DNA of 64,000 nt. It comes from a virus. Below are positions 58,921 to 64,000 of this stretch, in pieces; the stretch's first letter is position 1; the number at the start of each line of letters is the position of its first letter. Made by a program: the position numbers and the translations under genes. The DNA is taken from IMG/VR virus record IMGVR_UViG_3300008267_000019, positions 1-64,000 of that record; one strand, given 5' to 3'. The notes beneath the pieces are model-generated. The model saw nothing but the letters and a program-made list of their open reading frames with translations. It was not told the DNA's origin and ran no database searches.

Positions 58921-59945
58921 AACTCAATATACATTTCTCCATCATTATCATAATACTCCATAGGATATTCCCAAGCATTGTTGTTCATAGCGTACTCATA
59001 TCTTAACATTGCTTGTTCAAAACCATCTAAAGATTTGCCATTAGACAAAGTTCCCCCAGAAAATCCTATATCAAGAACTTTTTGATTTACTATAAAAACC
59101 ATAGGAGAATTAAAAAGATTTTTTTCTACAACAATATATAAAAAGTCAGAAATCTTATAATCTTTATCTAAATACTTAGCAATATCATCATGAAGAGTAA
59201 GGCCATATTTATACACAGCTGCTTGGAAATCATATCTATAATACCAAAAATCAGAATTAAATCCTAAAACACTTTTACCTGTAGATTTAAAATCTATAGG
59301 AATAATAGTTTTATCATTATGATCTATAATTACTCTGTCTAACTCGCCTTTAATATTATAACCTCGCCAATTAAATTCTATAATAAATTTATCTAAGATA
59401 TCTCTGTTAGATTTAGCTTTTTTTACTACAAACTCCCTAGTGTATTTATCACTGGACAATGCCATTTTACAAGCTACTGCTTTAGCATACTCAGTTTCTG
59501 ATACTACTATTTTTCCTATAGTATTTTTTATTTCTTCAAAATAGCCGTTACCTAATTCTATGATTTTATTTACCCTAGTTTCCTCTTTCCATACAGGATA
59601 TAGACCTAGATAATTACAATGCTGCAAAATTAAGTCTCTCATAGAATCTAGAGTCACATTAGTAAGATCCATATTTAGACTATTGCATTCTTCAATAATA
59701 TTATCTATCACTGATTTTACTGATTCAGTACATTTAATAGCGTCATCTACTACGGCATATTTACTTTCAAATTCTTCTTTTGTACCAGTAAGCATGATGT
59801 CTAATATAGAACCAAATATAAAATGGTCTTCAGTAGTTTTTCTGTTTTCTTGTTGAGCCTTTTTTGCTTGCAAATAACTTTGAGGACTCTCAAGAATTTT
59901 CTTTAGACTACTTTGATTTAGTGCATCTATTTCTCTATACTCCAT
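58917..59945 (-). CDS. PD-(D/E)XK nuclease (RecB / exonuclease VIII-like)
   Basis: LNQSSLK, FGS..D, KGELDRV, IDFKST and YDFQAAVY motifs. Confidence 0.88.
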   Translation of the reverse strand: MEYREIDALNQSSLKKILESPQSYLQAKKAQQENRKTTEDHFIFGSILDIMLTGTKEEFESKYAVVDDAIKCTESVKSVIDNIIEECNSLNMDLTNVTLDSMRDLILQHCNYLGLYPVWKEETRVNKIIELGNGYFEEIKNTIGKIVVSETEYAKAVACKMALSSDKYTREFVVKKAKSNRDILDKFIIEFNWRGYNIKGELDRVIIDHNDKTIIPIDFKSTGKSVLGFNSDFWYYRYDFQAAVYKYGLTLHDDIAKYLDKDYKISDFLYIVVEKNLFNSPMVFIVNQKVLDIGFSGGTLSNGKSLDGFEQAMLRYEYAMNNNAWEYPMEYYDNDGEMYIEL

Positions 59946-60439
59946 TATCTTTTAATTGTTTTAAGTTTATATACTAATTTTCTATCTTTTAGGTTATTGA
60001 CAGGAATAAATTCATAGGTAGTGCGACGAAGATACTCCACAGTATCATCGGGAAGAATTCCTTTCTTAATTAACACGTCATCTAGGCATTTAAGCCAGAT
60101 GAGTGCTAGATTACCAATATCCCAATTAGGTTTATAACCTTCAGGAGCAGGTCTCCATTGCACTTTTCTTTTATTAGTTTCCTTGTCTAAAACCATTTTC
60201 ATGTTTCCAAAATTTATTGGAGCATATACAGTAAGCCTTGTTTCAACAGGTCCTTGAATAGTAAGATTCTCAGGAATATGTTTTTCTATATATCCATGCA
60301 TGGCTGCCACTAGGGCAGCTCTTGTAGTATAATGTGCTGATGCATGAATTTTATTATAGCCTATTTTAACCCAGATCTTTTTGCTTTGTGGAATATGCGT
60401 GATAAATTCTGGAAATTCTAATTTGAGTTCACTTACCAT
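59945..60439 (-). CDS. RusA-like Holliday junction resolvase
   Basis: DIGNL...KCLDDVL...GILPDD pattern matches the RusA D..N..K...D......DD motif. Confidence 0.7.
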   Translation of the reverse strand: MVSELKLEFPEFITHIPQSKKIWVKIGYNKIHASAHYTTRAALVAAMHGYIEKHIPENLTIQGPVETRLTVYAPINFGNMKMVLDKETNKRKVQWRPAPEGYKPNWDIGNLALIWLKCLDDVLIKKGILPDDTVEYLRRTTYEFIPVNNLKDRKLVYKLKTIKR

Positions 60440-60456
60440 AATTTTTAAATTTTAAT

Positions 60457-61614
60457 TTATAGCCAAGTTAAGGATTCAGGAGTAGTATCGTCACTATTTT
60501 CCTGTGCAATCTCTTCTTGCACAGTAGGAACAAACTCAGCCATTGTTTTAAATTCATAATTATGATTTAAAAATGCTTTTAACTCGTCACTGATAGTAAT
60601 AGATTTTACTTTGAAAGCTGCTTGATTGCCACCATGTATAATTTCACCCGCATATCTATGCATCAGTATATCTAAAGCTTCTACAGTTAATACTCCTTTA
60701 TCTTTTAAACTTTGGATTATTGTGTCTAAATGACTAGAAAAACTATATCTATCTTTGCCCAAATAAGTTAGTAAGCTCTTGAAATTCACATGGTTCTTAG
60801 TATTAGAATTGTGCATTACATTTCCATATTCTTTAAACAAAATATGTATATACAGCAAGCTCTCTTTGTATTTACTATTAGCCATAATTTCCATAGCAAT
60901 TACATGATTATCTTGATCAGAACTTTTAAACATAGTGCTTAATTGATCAAATACTTCAGAATCTATTAATATAGCATCGTCGCTATTTAGTTTATCAATT
61001 AACCCTGTTTCATGTGTAATAATTCTATCTTCTAAATCTTTTGCTAAATCATAATATTCAGAATGTACTTCATATAAATAATCAGATTCTCTACATTGAT
61101 AAGCAACTGCTCCAGGATTTATTATGGAACTTTTATAGCATTCTAAATTAGCATCACTAATAAAATTTATAGACTGCCAATCTGAATATACATAATTTAA
61201 AGTATAAAATTCTAAAGCAGTAACTATATTATCATATTCATGAACATCTAAATGAGGCTTTAATGCTTCTACACAATCTTTAAAAGCATTAGTTTTAATT
61301 TTATATAACCATTTAGATTCTGATAATTTACTCTCAGTATTCTTTCCACCAAATATAACAGTAGCATTATTTACATCTCTAGCTATAGAAATATTGTAGT
61401 CTAAGATTAACTCTTTAACTTTTACTCTAGGAATATTTACACCAGGTAAAAAATATAATTTATCACCTATTTTAGGAGTATAATCCTGTTGTACAATTTT
61501 TAAAGAGTTTCTTTTAGAAAAAGCACCTACCATGTCTATTTTTATAGAGAAATACCCAATTTTTCCAGAAGTCTCAACACCTGCGTCTATATTAAATTTT
61601 AAACAATTTTCCAT
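60457..61614 (-). CDS. Hypothetical protein co-transcribed with the AAA+/vWA pair
   Basis: 385 aa; helical-repeat-like C-terminal half (S.D..N..IAMEIMAN). Confidence 0.65.
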   Translation of the reverse strand: MENCLKFNIDAGVETSGKIGYFSIKIDMVGAFSKRNSLKIVQQDYTPKIGDKLYFLPGVNIPRVKVKELILDYNISIARDVNNATVIFGGKNTESKLSESKWLYKIKTNAFKDCVEALKPHLDVHEYDNIVTALEFYTLNYVYSDWQSINFISDANLECYKSSIINPGAVAYQCRESDYLYEVHSEYYDLAKDLEDRIITHETGLIDKLNSDDAILIDSEVFDQLSTMFKSSDQDNHVIAMEIMANSKYKESLLYIHILFKEYGNVMHNSNTKNHVNFKSLLTYLGKDRYSFSSHLDTIIQSLKDKGVLTVEALDILMHRYAGEIIHGGNQAAFKVKSITISDELKAFLNHNYEFKTMAEFVPTVQEEIAQENSDDTTPESLTWL

Positions 61615-61623
61615 AATTTTTAA

Positions 61624-62793
61624 TTATTTAATAGCCATTTGAGCTACTTTAGGATTTAACATTAATTTGCTAAACTTAGGTTTGTTACCATTAAGTAATT
61701 CTTTAATGACATAATATTTTAAGTCATCAGTAAATACCTTGGCATCAGTAGTAAGTTTTGTAAGTCTATCTATAACATCTTGAGAAATAGATTTAGTAGT
61801 TGCTTGAGTTAGGCAATAATTTATAACCCTAGTTGCAATAACACTAGATAAATCAGCTCTAAAATCATCATCTTCTCCTATTAAGTTCTTTAAAGACCCC
61901 ATTACATAGACTTCGTCCTTAGTCAAGATATCTTCAGGAGATAAGATTTTATCTAGTTTATTATTAATAAACATAGTAAACATAGAACTAAAATCATAGC
62001 CTACAGAACCTTCACCAATCATCTGAATCAGCGGCAACTCTTCCTCAAATTTTTCTATAGAACTAATAGAGTTAAAGAACGTAGTAATAGATCTTGGATT
62101 AACCTTTTGAGTTACTAACTCAGGATTCATCAACATGAAATTAATACAACGATTATCTATCTCTACTTCTTCTGCCCAACGAGCCCATACTTTCTCGTCA
62201 AACTTTAGATCTACAGAAATAAATCTAGTTTGTTGCGCAACGTCTAAGCTAGTAACATTATAGTCGCCATTGTCAGGATTAGTAGTTAATACAACATGCC
62301 AATTTTTAGGTAACTTCCAGGAAATATATTCTTGCCTATCACAAATTTCCATTACTGCTTGCATAAATCTATGATCAGCACGAGTAAAATCGTCTAGGAT
62401 TAATATACCACCTTCGCCTTTACCTTCGATCCATTCTGGCGCAGCATGAGACATCCTTTTACCTACTACTCTATAACCTTTAGCACTTGCTGTTTCAATT
62501 TCTTGCTCAGTAATCCATAGAGTTTTACCTTCTGAATTTTTAACTTGAAACTCTTTAATAGGAAAGCCGATTAAGTCACCCAATTCTTCTAGTTGAGAAA
62601 GATTTAACTTAACTACATTTAAGTTTAACTCTTTACCTAACTGCAAAATACTAGAAGTTTTACCAAGACCAGCATCACCAGAGATATTTACAGTCACAGG
62701 AACTTTTCCTTGGTTTTGAATAAATTGATTGTTTTTAACAATATGCTTCATGAAGCTTTTTAATTCATCTACATTTAATTGTATTTGATTCAT
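61624..62793 (-). CDS. MoxR-like AAA+ ATPase
   Basis: Walker A GDAGLGKT, DLIGFP, Walker B ILILDDFTRA, TTNP, arginine finger D.A..TRF, NPRS. Confidence 0.9.
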   Translation of the reverse strand: MNQIQLNVDELKSFMKHIVKNNQFIQNQGKVPVTVNISGDAGLGKTSSILQLGKELNLNVVKLNLSQLEELGDLIGFPIKEFQVKNSEGKTLWITEQEIETASAKGYRVVGKRMSHAAPEWIEGKGEGGILILDDFTRADHRFMQAVMEICDRQEYISWKLPKNWHVVLTTNPDNGDYNVTSLDVAQQTRFISVDLKFDEKVWARWAEEVEIDNRCINFMLMNPELVTQKVNPRSITTFFNSISSIEKFEEELPLIQMIGEGSVGYDFSSMFTMFINNKLDKILSPEDILTKDEVYVMGSLKNLIGEDDDFRADLSSVIATRVINYCLTQATTKSISQDVIDRLTKLTTDAKVFTDDLKYYVIKELLNGNKPKFSKLMLNPKVAQMAIK

Positions 62794-62805
62794 AGTTTTA
62801 ATTTT

Positions 62806-63984
62806 TTAAAGTTCTAATTTTATTACTTTGCCAGGAAGGCTGTTATTTAATTCTGATTTTTCTGATAATACCCAAAGAATATCTTTATTAGGCTTTAGAC
62901 TAGTGTCACATTCACCGTCAGTAAAATAGATTAAGCTAGTATATTCTTTGTGTTGCATATAATATTCTAACACAGGGTCAAAACTAGTTCCACCACGGCC
63001 AGAGACTTTTAACTCAAACTTGCCTTTATAATCTTCTATACTATTAATTTTAGTGTCACATTGTATAATAGTAATATCTACTCCTGCTTTATGTAAATGA
63101 TAAATCTCATTCATAAATTCTTTTAATTCATCATTACTTACTGAACCAGAAGTGTCGATACCTAATAGCATCTTTTGGCGCATTTTAATCTTCAGACCTG
63201 GATTGTCAGAGTATCTTTTGTTATCTTTTCTACGAAGTTTTTTAGTAAATATTTTAGTGCTTACACCAGTATACCTTCTAATATATCCTCGCCAATCAAA
63301 CTTAGGTTTTAAGATTTCTTCGATAATTATCAATCCCTCTATTTCTCCAGGAACATGGCCGCGTTTTTTAAGAGTCTCTTCTTTAGCATCAGACATTAGT
63401 TTTTGAACTTGTCGCTCAATTAACTTTTGCTCAGCTTCAGATAAATCTTCAAACTCTTCCCAAGTGCTATGATCAGGTAAATTGCCATTATCTAGATCAT
63501 CTAAAAGCTTATCCATGTTCTCATTACCAGAAGTTCCAGTTTTATCTTTTTGATCTTTAAAATCTCTTAGCTTATCATAATAATATCTACAGCCTGCTTT
63601 GCGATCTAATTTTAGATCTTCATAGTTATCTATATCAATGCCGCCTTCGGGAAGATATTCTTTATTGATATATTGATTAATCTCCATATCCATAGCTACG
63701 TTAGCAAGTTTACGATCAGAGAATTTAAAGAATATACCTAGATGATTAAAAGCAATATGAAGCAGCTCATGTTTTAATAAACCTAATTTGTGATCATCAG
63801 ATAAACTATCCCAAAACTCAGGATTAATAGCAAGTTGATAGTTAATACTATTTTTACTAACACCCGCAGTAGGAAGATTATTACGCCAGACTTTATTTAG
63901 TTTAATCAAAAAGAGCCCGTAATAGGGCTCCTTAAGTATTAAATCCTTGCTGATTTTACTCAGCGATTCAACTTTATCTCTCAT
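62806..63984 (-). CDS. DUF2201-type putative metallopeptidase plus vWA domain protein
   Basis: PTAGV, HELLH zincin motif, N.A.D.EIN; MIDAS IDTSGS, GRGGT.F and YFTDG. Confidence 0.88.
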   Translation of the reverse strand: MRDKVESLSKISKDLILKEPYYGLFLIKLNKVWRNNLPTAGVSKNSINYQLAINPEFWDSLSDDHKLGLLKHELLHIAFNHLGIFFKFSDRKLANVAMDMEINQYINKEYLPEGGIDIDNYEDLKLDRKAGCRYYYDKLRDFKDQKDKTGTSGNENMDKLLDDLDNGNLPDHSTWEEFEDLSEAEQKLIERQVQKLMSDAKEETLKKRGHVPGEIEGLIIIEEILKPKFDWRGYIRRYTGVSTKIFTKKLRRKDNKRYSDNPGLKIKMRQKMLLGIDTSGSVSNDELKEFMNEIYHLHKAGVDITIIQCDTKINSIEDYKGKFELKVSGRGGTSFDPVLEYYMQHKEYTSLIYFTDGECDTSLKPNKDILWVLSEKSELNNSLPGKVIKLEL

Positions 63985-64000
63985 AATTTCTACATACTAT

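Larger units (their letters stand above)
1..64000. mobile_element. crAss-like (Crassvirales-type) bacteriophage genome segment: structural/cargo module (+) converging on a DNA-metabolism module (-)
   Basis: Gene order terminase, portal, acidic protein, MCP, conserved virion genes, IHF-like, tail tube, stabiliser, giant cargo/RNAP genes with a DFDVD motif matches the crAss-like layout. No integrase or host chromosomal genes are seen. Confidence 0.92.

Noticed and set aside
1-64000. Stop-codon reassignment as in some gut crAss-like phages
   Set aside because: ORFs tile the window densely in code 11. TAG ends terL and TGA ends several genes at normal boundaries.
1-64000. CRISPR array, tRNA or rRNA genes, group I/II introns
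   Set aside because: There is little intergenic space and I saw no repeat-spacer pattern or cloverleaf. terL and the MCP gene are uninterrupted. A covariance-model scan was not run.

Overview
The window is a gene-dense, AT-rich segment of a crAss-like (Crassvirales-type) podophage genome in the standard genetic code. TAnnTTTG promoter boxes and A-rich leaders without Shine-Dalgarno sites suggest a Bacteroidota host. The + strand (1-55.9 kb) carries the virion module: terminase, portal, major capsid protein, capsid and neck proteins, tail fibres, a lysis cassette, an IHF-like protein, tail tube and stabiliser, and giant ejected cargo proteins including a virion RNA polymerase. The - strand (55.9-64 kb) carries nucleotide and DNA-processing genes and a MoxR-type AAA+/vWA pair. 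The most unusual observations are: (1) a tandem PAS-PAS sensor fused to two membrane helices inside the holin/endolysin cassette; (2) a virion RNA polymerase split into two genes with a ferritin gene between them and Cys-tipped tags at the new termini; (3) about 26 [FYM]xxGG-type motifs dividing two cargo proteins into modules, one of which is an R-S-E ADP-ribosyltransferase, with a Nudix hydrolase inserted in the RNAP chain; (4) a terminator loop with perfect 12-nt complementarity to the translation-initiation region of a gene 3 kb upstream. All annotations come from motif recognition and gene order; no database searches were run.
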